56,711 nucleotides of DNA from a virus. Its lineage: Duplodnaviria; Caudoviricetes. Numbering within the stretch: the first letter of the stretch is position 1; each line of letters opens with the position of its first letter. Location of the stretch: positions 1 through 56,711 of IMG/VR virus record IMGVR_UViG_3300048587_000675, one strand, 5' to 3'. Shown piece by piece: positions 46,585 through 54,442 of this stretch. A program made the position numbers and the translations under genes. The notes under the pieces are model-generated. The model was not told where the DNA came from. It did not search any database and saw only the letters and a list, made by a program, of their open reading frames with translations.

Positions 46585-46636
46585 CAAGCAATCTGCTTGT
46601 TAAAATAGACAGTTTAGTCACATGTCTAGGTGATTA
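46585..46636 (-). promoter_or_regulatory. Leader of primase-helicase: H-type pseudoknot plus hairpin
   Basis: UAAUCAC/GUGACUA crossed with UAGACA/UGUCUA; then CAAGCA-gau-UGCUUG before the RBS. Confidence 0.45.
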
Positions 46637-46642
46637 GTATTC

Positions 46643-47104
46643 TTATCGTCGAGCGCGATTAGCAAATTTACCGGTAGATCCGCCATCAGGAGAATCTCCG
46701 TTAGCCGCAACTGCTGCAGCAACAGCAGCCTTGTCCGCAGCAAGAGCTTCAGCTGCCTGAGAGTCAAGAATTACATCGTCTGTATCTTGAGCAACCTCAA
46801 AGGTGGGAACCATTCGGAAGTTACCACTTGCATCTCGTGATTTTTTAGATTCACGAGTACCTGAACGAGTAATTTTAGTGAAAGCGTTAAGAATAACATT
46901 TCCATCTTCAATTTCTTCTTCAATGTAGCTCAAGTTACCATTTGGATACAAAGTTTCCACTGTACCTTCTTTTGTCAAAAGTTTAATTGCAAAATTAAAC
47001 TTACTTGCTACTGTTCCAATGAGGTATCCTTCAACAGATTCTCCAACCTGCATGTCGCCAGATTTTCGTCCAGAGGCTCCACCCATTACTTTTTTTAGTG
47101 CCAT
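46643..47104 (-). CDS. Putative single-stranded DNA-binding protein
   Basis: OB-fold-like beta pattern, flexible tail, strong AAGGAG RBS, next to primase-helicase. Confidence 0.55.
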   Translation of the reverse strand: MALKKVMGGASGRKSGDMQVGESVEGYLIGTVASKFNFAIKLLTKEGTVETLYPNGNLSYIEEEIEDGNVILNAFTKITRSGTRESKKSRDASGNFRMVPTFEVAQDTDDVILDSQAAEALAADKAAVAAAVAANGDSPDGGSTGKFANRARR

Positions 47105-47132
47105 TTGTTTTCTCCTTTATATATTAATAATA

Positions 47133-47921
47133 TCAGTTATTCGGAATTAGTAAAGTCTTACTTTTTTCTTTATCTAAAAGATTTGTTCTACTTTTAGCTT
47201 CAGAACCACACTTGGTACATTTATATCGTTGGTATTTGCCAACGCTAGTAAATTTATAACCTTTCTTTATGAAAGAAGTACTACCACATGCACATACGTT
47301 TTCTACAGAGTCTGAGTAAACGTTAAAATTAATACTGCTATCCCAGGGTTGAAGTTTATTATAAAGTTCTTCCGTAGCTAAAATATCTTGAATATTGTAT
47401 TTTTTCATTTCAGCCCAAGCGGCTTTATTACCTTTTAAACATTCTTTCCATAGTTCAAAACCAGGAAATTTTTTATGAGTTAATTTTTTATGTTTTTTAC
47501 ATAGTTTTTTAGATAGATACTCTAATTTATTTGAGGTAAAGTTAAAATATTTTTTAGCAATCCTCATGGTGTCTATTTGTTTAAAACTAGAAGGAGGTTG
47601 CATTCCATGGATAAGCATTCTTGCTTTAATCCGTTTAATATCAAAAGAGGTAGAATTTTGACCTATAACAATATCTGAAGCATCTAAAAGATTCCATAGG
47701 TCTTCTAGCAAAGGTTTGTCATTTGATATGTTTTTTGCTTTACTTTGGTCTTTATAATAGACTTTTTTCTCGTTTAAAAATTTAGCAGAATAAGAAAGTA
47801 AATGCCAGTCTTCTACTACCTGATTCAAGGCAACGTTTTGATCAAATAAACCCCAAGTATATGAAATTATTGGGCTTGTCTCAATATCAACAATAAGAAT
47901 TCTAGGAAAATTAGATTTCAT
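47133..47921 (-). CDS. RNase H-like (DnaQ/YprB-type) exonuclease with C-terminal Zn ribbon
   Basis: VDIET, GQNSTSFD, IDT, YNIQD, CACG...CTKCG motifs. Confidence 0.85.
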   Translation of the reverse strand: MKSNFPRILIVDIETSPIISYTWGLFDQNVALNQVVEDWHLLSYSAKFLNEKKVYYKDQSKAKNISNDKPLLEDLWNLLDASDIVIGQNSTSFDIKRIKARMLIHGMQPPSSFKQIDTMRIAKKYFNFTSNKLEYLSKKLCKKHKKLTHKKFPGFELWKECLKGNKAAWAEMKKYNIQDILATEELYNKLQPWDSSINFNVYSDSVENVCACGSTSFIKKGYKFTSVGKYQRYKCTKCGSEAKSRTNLLDKEKSKTLLIPNN

Positions 47922-48474
47922 TTTTAACCTTTCGATTTATCTGTGCTTGTCGTCTTGCTTTTGTCCACGGTTTGCCCTTAAAACGCGCAGAAACTTTTAA
48001 TCTGTTTTTGTTAGAAATTGTTCTTCCTATCAAAGCTTGACTTATTTTGTTTTTATGTTCTTCAGTGAAAATTCTTGTTGTCCCTATTTTTGCAGCGGAT
48101 AGTTTTTTCTTATGCTCATCTGTAAATTTTCTACCTTTTAGCGCTTTACTTAGTTTCTTCTTTGTTTTATTAGATCTCTTAATACCCAATACGCTTCTTG
48201 CCTGTTTACACATATTATATTCTGGATTCAGCTGGTCTATATACTGTTGTTCTAAAGATATTAATCTATCTGGATTACAATATTCTATAACTTCATAAAT
48301 AAATACTTTTTTACCATTCTTATTATAAGTTCTTTGCAAATGAGTATTCGGATGTGTATTTCTTTTGAGATCAACTTTATGACGAGTAATGCGCATAGTG
48401 ACATTAACAGAAGAACCGATATACATTTTGTTATTCTGTATATTAGTTATTTTATAAATACCGCTTTTACTCAT
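47911..48474 (-). CDS. Free-standing GIY-YIG homing endonuclease with NUMOD3-type repeats
   Basis: SGIYKI...YIGSS...R...H; EHKKKLS / EHKNKIS repeats. Confidence 0.92.
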   Translation of the reverse strand: MSKSGIYKITNIQNNKMYIGSSVNVTMRITRHKVDLKRNTHPNTHLQRTYNKNGKKVFIYEVIEYCNPDRLISLEQQYIDQLNPEYNMCKQARSVLGIKRSNKTKKKLSKALKGRKFTDEHKKKLSAAKIGTTRIFTEEHKNKISQALIGRTISNKNRLKVSARFKGKPWTKARRQAQINRKVKNEI

Positions 48475-48734
48475 TTCTTATTCCTTTTACTTTTTTTACT
48501 AGTATCAGGTCCATTTAAAGACTTTACCACGGTTGAGTTATTATGTCCATGGATAATTTCAATATCTTCAATTGTATTAAAAATACTTATAGAAGGATGA
48601 TTTCCTGTAATCCATTCCATTACACATTTACCTGATGGTAGTTTTGCAATTAGGGCCACAATACCGACACCAGATACACCAGTTCGGTCTTTTTTTCTAA
48701 CAAGTTGATATAATTGAATTTTATCACCGTGCAT
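48471..48734 (-). CDS. Conserved phage hypothetical protein
   Basis: LVRKKDRTGVSGVGIVA...W...IHGH motif. Confidence 0.65.
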   Translation of the reverse strand: MHGDKIQLYQLVRKKDRTGVSGVGIVALIAKLPSGKCVMEWITGNHPSISIFNTIEDIEIIHGHNNSTVVKSLNGPDTSKKSKRNKK

Positions 48735-48740
48735 ATTTAA

Positions 48741-49289
48741 TTACTCAAAACTCCACCCAGTAAAAATAAAAGAGACTGGAGTGTTATTAGGAATCTGTGG
48801 GCTATCTAGACTAATAATGATTTGCTGCTGATCAGTTACTTGTACGGCATGTCCTACAGGCGAATAGTTATTGTTATCAGAACAAAGATCACCTCCGCCG
48901 GAAAGCAAATTAGTTTTTGCGTATTTAAAATCGTAAATAGTACTACTTGTTGGATTATTTCGTCTTTGATAACAAAGTCTTTTTGAACCAAGGGTTAAAG
49001 TAATCCAGCCTTGTTGACTAGTAGAAGCAGACGTAGGAGCAATAAGATGCAATGGAACTATAATTGATCCATTAAAAGGGATATCTAATGGAGTTGGAGA
49101 AACTCCTCTAGATTCTGTAACCTCTAATTCCTGCTGGTTATATAAAATATCATTACCCGGTTGACCAGTTTCACCTGTATCTCCTTTTGGACCAGCAGGG
49201 CCCACTGTATATATATTTTCATTATCACCGCAAGCCATAATTGCTAATGCTAAAAACATAAATATTGCTAAAAACAAAAGTTTATTCAT
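48741..49289 (-). CDS. Lipoprotein with short collagen-like repeat
   Basis: IMAC lipobox; GPAGPKGDTGETGQPGND. Confidence 0.7.
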   Translation of the reverse strand: MNKLLFLAIFMFLALAIMACGDNENIYTVGPAGPKGDTGETGQPGNDILYNQQELEVTESRGVSPTPLDIPFNGSIIVPLHLIAPTSASTSQQGWITLTLGSKRLCYQRRNNPTSSTIYDFKYAKTNLLSGGGDLCSDNNNYSPVGHAVQVTDQQQIIISLDSPQIPNNTPVSFIFTGWSFE

Positions 49290-49331
49290 ATTATTAATTT
49301 CTTTTTATTTGTTTTTTTTAAAACCATTCTG

Positions 49332-49404
49332 CTCCGGGGGCAGGTACCGCCCCTGCCTTGACACTGGTTAACAGCCAGCCGCTTGCCTTCTCAGCCACCC
49401 CGGA
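49332..49404 (-). tRNA. tRNA-Asn(GTT), atypical T-loop, CCA not encoded
   Basis: Acceptor TCCGGGG/CCCCGGA plus discriminator G; D stem GCT/AGC; anticodon arm GCTGG-CTGTTAA-CCAGT; T arm GCAGG-GGCGGTA-CCTGC. Confidence 0.8.
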
Positions 49405-49425
49405 GCACAATGGTTTATTTTATTA

Positions 49426-49548
49426 TTAAGACATTAATACAACAATAGACATTGCTACAACAGTAAGCGCAACTGCAACTAAAACATTTTTTACAGAAAC
49501 TGATGTTTTCTTTTTTGTTTTTTTAATTTTTCGTACTTTATTTTTCAT
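49426..49548 (-). CDS. 40-aa basic peptide with C-terminal TM, missing from the ORF track
   Basis: MKNKVRKIKKTKKKTSVSVKNVLVAVALTVVAMSIVVLMS; GAGGA RBS. Confidence 0.55.
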   Translation of the reverse strand: MKNKVRKIKKTKKKTSVSVKNVLVAVALTVVAMSIVVLMS

Positions 49549-49553
49549 TTCCT

Positions 49554-50057
49554 CTACTCCTTACAATTTAAATGTATTAAAGGGTTATATTTAGAGTATG
49601 CCACAGAAAACAATTCTTGTAAATAGTAATCTTTATTCAATTTATAAGCAGTCATATGTAAAACTGAGGACATTAAACTAGAAGGAAAAATACAAGAATC
49701 TTGAAAGGTTAACTCACATTTATCTAAATGTGGCCTATTTAATACACAATGACCTAGTTCATGAAATATTAAAGCTTCTTTTTCATAATCCTTTGCGCTT
49801 TTATAAAAACCTATATCAATAACAATAAGCCTAGGATTGGAAAAAACACAATATCCTATACGATTGGGTGATTCTGTTGTTCTAGTGTGCCCGAATTCTA
49901 TTGTTAAAGAAGGCCAATTAAACTCTCTTCCTCTTCTTTCTGCCTCTTTTTTAAATAATTCTACATATTTAATTAAATCAGTTTCACCATCAATTACGCT
50001 AGCAGAATGTGTATTACCGCAGGCAAGTAAAAGAAAAAATATCAAATAACGAATCAT
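49554..50057 (-). CDS. Lipoprotein zinc metallopeptidase (metzincin-like)
   Basis: LLAC lipobox; HELGHCVLNRPH zinc motif; SLM Met-turn. Confidence 0.8.
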   Translation of the reverse strand: MIRYLIFFLLLACGNTHSASVIDGETDLIKYVELFKKEAERRGREFNWPSLTIEFGHTRTTESPNRIGYCVFSNPRLIVIDIGFYKSAKDYEKEALIFHELGHCVLNRPHLDKCELTFQDSCIFPSSLMSSVLHMTAYKLNKDYYLQELFSVAYSKYNPLIHLNCKE

Positions 50058-50518
50058 TTGGCTAAATCTTTTAAAAGTTGTTTTACTTCTTTGATTTTAT
50101 TAAGTTCTTTAGCAAGATCGTAAACAAGTTCTAATTCTTCTTCATATATTTCCATGAGCCTCTTGGGTAGTTTACCAACGTCATCCAGTTGTTCTCTAAG
50201 ATCAAGCACAAGCTCTAATTTATCCGCAAGTTTTGCTAATTTCTTTTGAGTTTTATCTTTAAATTCTGGTCTTAATTTTTCAAAATATTCAAGACCTTTA
50301 ATATGAGCTTTAGCTGGACTTGGAATATCGCCCGTTTCTGCTTCTTCAATATCATGACAAAGTGCAGCAATAGTTTCAGTTCCACCTAAATAATCATAAA
50401 TTACCGCAACTCTAAAACTATGTTCACCAACTGATTTTCTTTGTTGAAGTCTATGTGTTTGAAATCTTTGAATAATATGTAATTTTAAAGCTAATTTTAA
50501 TTGTTCAAATGTAAGCAT
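50054..50518 (-). CDS. HD-domain nucleotide phosphohydrolase (YfbR/DatZ-like)
   Basis: IQRF, SVGEHSFRVA, HDIEEAETGDIPSP, KLADKLE motifs. Confidence 0.88.
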   Translation of the reverse strand: MLTFEQLKLALKLHIIQRFQTHRLQQRKSVGEHSFRVAVIYDYLGGTETIAALCHDIEEAETGDIPSPAKAHIKGLEYFEKLRPEFKDKTQKKLAKLADKLELVLDLREQLDDVGKLPKRLMEIYEEELELVYDLAKELNKIKEVKQLLKDLAK

Positions 50519-50535
50519 CTATATCTCCTAACAAC

Positions 50536-50544
50536 ATTATATCA
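50536..50544 (-). promoter_or_regulatory. Extended -10 promoter (TGaTATAAT) for the HD gene operon
   Basis: TGnTATAAT a few nt upstream of an AGGAG RBS. Confidence 0.5.
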
Positions 50545-50558
50545 TACTATTCATTTTT

Positions 50559-50900
50559 TTACCACAGTTTGAACAAAATACCCATTTGGAGGCCTACATC
50601 ATCAAATCCCTTTGTTTTCAGTTCTTTCTTATAAAAAATGTTCGAATTAACGCTAAAAAAATCATTAAATTTATAATCGATACCCTGCTTAGAATAGATT
50701 TGTTTATATTCTTCTAATTCATGTTCGTACTCTAGATATAAAGTAAAACTTAAATTATTGTTCAAAGGTTCAAAAACATCTAAAAATGTCTTATAATTTG
50801 AAGCGCCGTCTTTTAAACTTCTTTGTGATTCAAACCCTAATTCTCCGGATGCTTCAAGAGTTAAAGGTATCATTATTAAAAGTGATATTAGTCTTACCAT
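50559..50900 (-). CDS. Secreted small outer-membrane beta-barrel-like protein (113 aa)
   Basis: Start revised to ATG 50900 (GGAG RBS); signal peptide ...LEA; alternating amphipathic strands; C-terminal aromatic FKLW. Confidence 0.55.
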   Translation of the reverse strand: MVRLISLLIMIPLTLEASGELGFESQRSLKDGASNYKTFLDVFEPLNNNLSFTLYLEYEHELEEYKQIYSKQGIDYKFNDFFSVNSNIFYKKELKTKGFDDVGLQMGILFKLW

Positions 50901-52116
50901 GTTCAGTTTTCTCCCATAAGGTCGGATTAAATATATTCTGCCATAAGGCTCTATAAGTTGCAATAGACATTAACAACCAGTAAAAGGGTAATAATATTGA
51001 ACATATGGCACATTTAAACTTTCTAGAAGCAAAGTATGAAACTAAGATCATCGAAAAATTTCCAGCTATTAAGCAAAAAAGTAATAGAAAATAGGGTGTA
51101 TTTTCAAACAAAACTTGTATATATTCAGGGTCAAAAAATAACCATGATGTGAAGAAAAAGTATAAAATAGGGTTAATTAAATTAACAAAGAATGTTCCAA
51201 ATATGAATGTAAGAAAAGAAAAATAATCCCTTAGATAAAAATTTGTATATAATTTTTTATTTCTTATGTGCTTTAAAAATGTTTGAATATATCCCTTATT
51301 CCACCTGGTTCTTTGTTTAATCCAGGATTTTATATCAATTACTGATTCTTCGTATGTTATTGAATCAAGAAAACTTGTTTTATATCCTTCTATTCTTAAT
51401 CGAATTCCTAATTCTGCATCCTCTGTTACATTTTCAGCATCCCAGCCATTTAATTTTTTTAATACACTTGTTTTAAAATGATTGCTTGTTCCGCCGAGTG
51501 GGAATATTGAATCTATTTTTGCTACACCTTTAATAAAAAAATCAAACCAGGTTGCATATTCAATACAAAACAATCTAGTGAGTATATTTTCTTTACAATT
51601 AAACCAGTTTAGACGAGCCTGAAGACATACATATTCCTTTGGAAGACTATTAAACTTATACACGGCTTTTTTCAATTGAGATGGCTCAGGAATATCCTCT
51701 GCATCATATATTGTTAAAAATTCACCAGTCGCAGTTTTTAGTCCATAATTACAAGCATTTGGTTTTGTTTTAATTTTACCGTGAGGCACGATTACTTTTT
51801 TAAAATAATTAGGAGTAGATAAACCGTTAAGATGTTGAATCATTAGTTTGTCATCTTCTTCTATCAAAATTTTAACATCTAATTTATCTTTAGGGTAATC
51901 AATATTACTAATTGATTCTATTAGCTTATTTATAACACCGGTTTCTTTGTACACTGGCAAGAGAATTGTATATACAGGAAAACTTGTTATTTCTTTATAA
52001 TCTTCATTTGAAACTCTTGAATAGAAAGATAAAATAATCTTGTACAAAGTAGTATAGAAATAAAACAAATGAATTAAAAAAATTGATAGTGAAAATAAAA
52101 ACACATTTACTTTCAA
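50854..52116 (-). CDS. Membrane glycosyltransferase family 2 (processive, cellulose-synthase-like)
   Basis: LLPVYKE, TKPNACNYG, YDAED, GGTSNHF, VTEDA, QRTRW motifs; N- and C-terminal TM segments; TTGA overlap start. Confidence 0.92.
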   Translation of the reverse strand: MKVNVFLFSLSIFLIHLFYFYTTLYKIILSFYSRVSNEDYKEITSFPVYTILLPVYKETGVINKLIESISNIDYPKDKLDVKILIEEDDKLMIQHLNGLSTPNYFKKVIVPHGKIKTKPNACNYGLKTATGEFLTIYDAEDIPEPSQLKKAVYKFNSLPKEYVCLQARLNWFNCKENILTRLFCIEYATWFDFFIKGVAKIDSIFPLGGTSNHFKTSVLKKLNGWDAENVTEDAELGIRLRIEGYKTSFLDSITYEESVIDIKSWIKQRTRWNKGYIQTFLKHIRNKKLYTNFYLRDYFSFLTFIFGTFFVNLINPILYFFFTSWLFFDPEYIQVLFENTPYFLLLFCLIAGNFSMILVSYFASRKFKCAICSILLPFYWLLMSIATYRALWQNIFNPTLWEKTEHGKTNITFNNDTFNS

Positions 52117-52286
52117 TTAAACAGTTTTGTTTCAATATCTTCAACTGTTATTACTATAGAATTATCAACGGCCTCAACTATAACAATATTGGGTCCATTA
52201 TTTTGGACAACCAGTTCAAGTCCATTGAAAATGCTATCAATGGTATCTTGTTTAAGTCGAAAGTTATCTTTTGGTTTTAATCTCAT
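52113..52286 (-). CDS. 57-aa protein missing from the ORF track (MRLKPKDNFRLKQDTIDSIF...)
   Basis: Translated by hand; ATGA and TTGA overlaps with both neighbours. Confidence 0.6.
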   Translation of the reverse strand: MRLKPKDNFRLKQDTIDSIFNGLELVVQNNGPNIVIVEAVDNSIVITVEDIETKLFN

Positions 52287-52642
52287 TTAATCACGCTTTT
52301 AACTGGAACTTCTACTTCGATTTCATGATCAGACTCAACCACTCCGATGATATCCATTATATCACCAACTCTTACATATCTATCCTCTTTTACATGAAAA
52401 AAATAGTTTTGATCATGAATTTGATTTATTTGAAATATCCAGTTTTCAAACTGAGTTCTACCGGTGACCATGGTATAATCATATTCAGTTTTATATACAC
52501 AACCCTCGATTACCCTAGAAATAATATTCTCGCCGTTTTTTAATCTAAAAGTCGCAAATGATTTTTTAACATTAAACTTTCTTTTTTCCATGGTCCAAAT
52601 AGTTGTATCTTTTTTAAAAAGCTGCGCCAAATTCTTCAACAT
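52283..52642 (-). CDS. Hypothetical protein
   Basis: In operon. Confidence 0.55.
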   Translation of the reverse strand: MLKNLAQLFKKDTTIWTMEKRKFNVKKSFATFRLKNGENIISRVIEGCVYKTEYDYTMVTGRTQFENWIFQINQIHDQNYFFHVKEDRYVRVGDIMDIIGVVESDHEIEVEVPVKSVIK

Positions 52643-54035
52643 AAGTATTCCTTCTTAGTTTAGCATGTTTTTTAAGCCATTGCGTGTTACTTATCTCAAA
52701 GTCTATCACATATGCCTTCGTTTTACCAGGGTGTAATCTTACTGCCCTACCGATAGCCTGCGTTACGGCTATTTCACTTTTACCGCCTCTAGCTAGAATC
52801 AAATAGTCGGTAGATCTTATATCGGCACCTTCCCCTAGTACGGTTGAAGCCACTAGAATTCTTGTCTTTTTTTCATTAAATCGTTCCATAGCTTCAGTTA
52901 ACTCTTCTCTTTTATTATCCCCTGTTAAGTAGTCAACTTCAATTCCTGCTAAAGAAAGCCAATCTCTGATTTGTTCTCCTACTAACTCTTTTCTATCAAC
53001 AAGTATAAGTATTTGTTTATCCTTAGGAATTTCTTTTACAGTTTCAACGATAGCATCGTGGAACACTTTACCGCCGTAGTTAAGCTTATATTCATCTTGA
53101 TAATCACCGCCCATTGAACCTTTTAATTCTTTAATAATAAACTCAACGGGTGTTAAATATCCATCTTTAGTAGCTTGTACACTGTTATAAGTGTATAATT
53201 TTTCATCACATACTCCCCATAATTCCATGAACTTATTATCATTTCTAGTATAAGTGCCAGAGAAGTTAAAACGATAGTATACATCGTTCATATGCGGTAA
53301 AAGATTCATATAACTAGAGGCTGCGGCATGATGCGCTTCATCGATCATTAAACTTTGAACATGCTTCATGATTACACCAACAAGGTTTTGTTTAGTCAAA
53401 GAGGCAAGAGTTTGAACCGTTGAAATAAGGATGGGTTTAAGTTTTTTGTTTGATTTAATAGCTGTCGTATTTACTTGCATTACATTTTTACTACCAAAGT
53501 AGTTACTAAATACTTCATATGTTTGCTGTGACAATGCACTACTAGGTACTACAAACAACGTGTTAACACCAGTATTCTTAATGATATTGGCAGCAATAAG
53601 CGTTTTACCGCCACCTACACATACCTGAAATGTCCCTCTTGGCCTATCGTTTGCAATATCTATGCATTCCTGTTGATAATATCTAACTGCAGGTGGTTTA
53701 TTATTCCACCTAAACAAGTTATAAGGCTCAGGTTTAATTCTTTTATCAATTACAGTAGCAAATTCTTTAACCTTAAACAAAAGACCAGATGGAAACTGAT
53801 TATCTTTATCAAGCATACATATTACAACTTCACCAATCTTACTTATTTCACCAGCAAGAAAGTGAGCTTTACGCATTTGACGTCTTACTAAAGCCTTCTG
53901 ATATGCTCTTTGTAGAAACCTAATCTTCTTCTCTTTATCTTCATCATAATAAGATAACAGTTGAGCTGCTTTCTTTAACTCTTCTTCAGTTGCTTCTACA
54001 ATCTTAGAGTAACTGTTACCTTGTTCAATGATCAT
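52614..54035 (-). CDS. SF2 DNA helicase (UvsW/XPB-like)
   Basis: YYQ, VGGGKT, DEAHH, FSGT, GEGAD and QAIGRAVR motifs. Confidence 0.9.
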   Translation of the reverse strand: MIIEQGNSYSKIVEATEEELKKAAQLLSYYDEDKEKKIRFLQRAYQKALVRRQMRKAHFLAGEISKIGEVVICMLDKDNQFPSGLLFKVKEFATVIDKRIKPEPYNLFRWNNKPPAVRYYQQECIDIANDRPRGTFQVCVGGGKTLIAANIIKNTGVNTLFVVPSSALSQQTYEVFSNYFGSKNVMQVNTTAIKSNKKLKPILISTVQTLASLTKQNLVGVIMKHVQSLMIDEAHHAAASSYMNLLPHMNDVYYRFNFSGTYTRNDNKFMELWGVCDEKLYTYNSVQATKDGYLTPVEFIIKELKGSMGGDYQDEYKLNYGGKVFHDAIVETVKEIPKDKQILILVDRKELVGEQIRDWLSLAGIEVDYLTGDNKREELTEAMERFNEKKTRILVASTVLGEGADIRSTDYLILARGGKSEIAVTQAIGRAVRLHPGKTKAYVIDFEISNTQWLKKHAKLRRNTYVEEFGAAF

Positions 54036-54040
54036 AATTC

Positions 54041-54069
54041 AATATACCAGCTTTCTATGTTTACCACAA
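54041..54069 (-). promoter_or_regulatory. Sigma70-like promoter, probably giving a leaderless helicase mRNA
   Basis: TTGTGG-N17-TATATT with TG extension, 5 nt before the ATG; no SD sequence. Confidence 0.45.
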
Positions 54070-54070
54070 T

Positions 54071-54432
54071 ACTGTCAAATAGTTGACAAGTAAACAATAA
54101 GGGAACCTCATGGTGAAATAGCCATGGTTTACAATTAAAGTAAATTGTTATAGACGCATATACTTAGATTGACTATTTGCTTGTAGCTTCTCTTTTAAAG
54201 AGAGATTAAGCTAGGAAGCTCTTATATTTCACCTTTGCGCTAGGCACTGTAAACCAAGACGCCGGACATACCATGTCCTAATAGCTTTCCAAGTATTTTA
54301 TGTCTATATACGCCGTTTACGTTAAAGCGTTGTTCCCAGTCTATGACAGTTTCATTACTCTAACACTCTGCGCGTTTGCTATCACCGATGATTTATATTA
54401 AAGTCCTAAACAGCTTATCGGAACAAAGGACT
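54071..54432 (-). ncRNA. Candidate large structured ncRNA of unknown family
   Basis: 407-nt gap with no ORF in the track; more than 10 nested helices with G-U pairs favouring the - strand, and two 9-bp long-range pairings. Confidence 0.55.
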
Positions 54433-54442
54433 AACTTTAGAA

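Noticed and set aside
50558-54068. TGTGGTAAA (minus strand) upstream of two promoters as a shared regulator site or DnaA box
   Set aside because: Spacing to the -10 differs, one copy is just the Leu-Trp-stop codons of a gene, and it does not match the DnaA consensus
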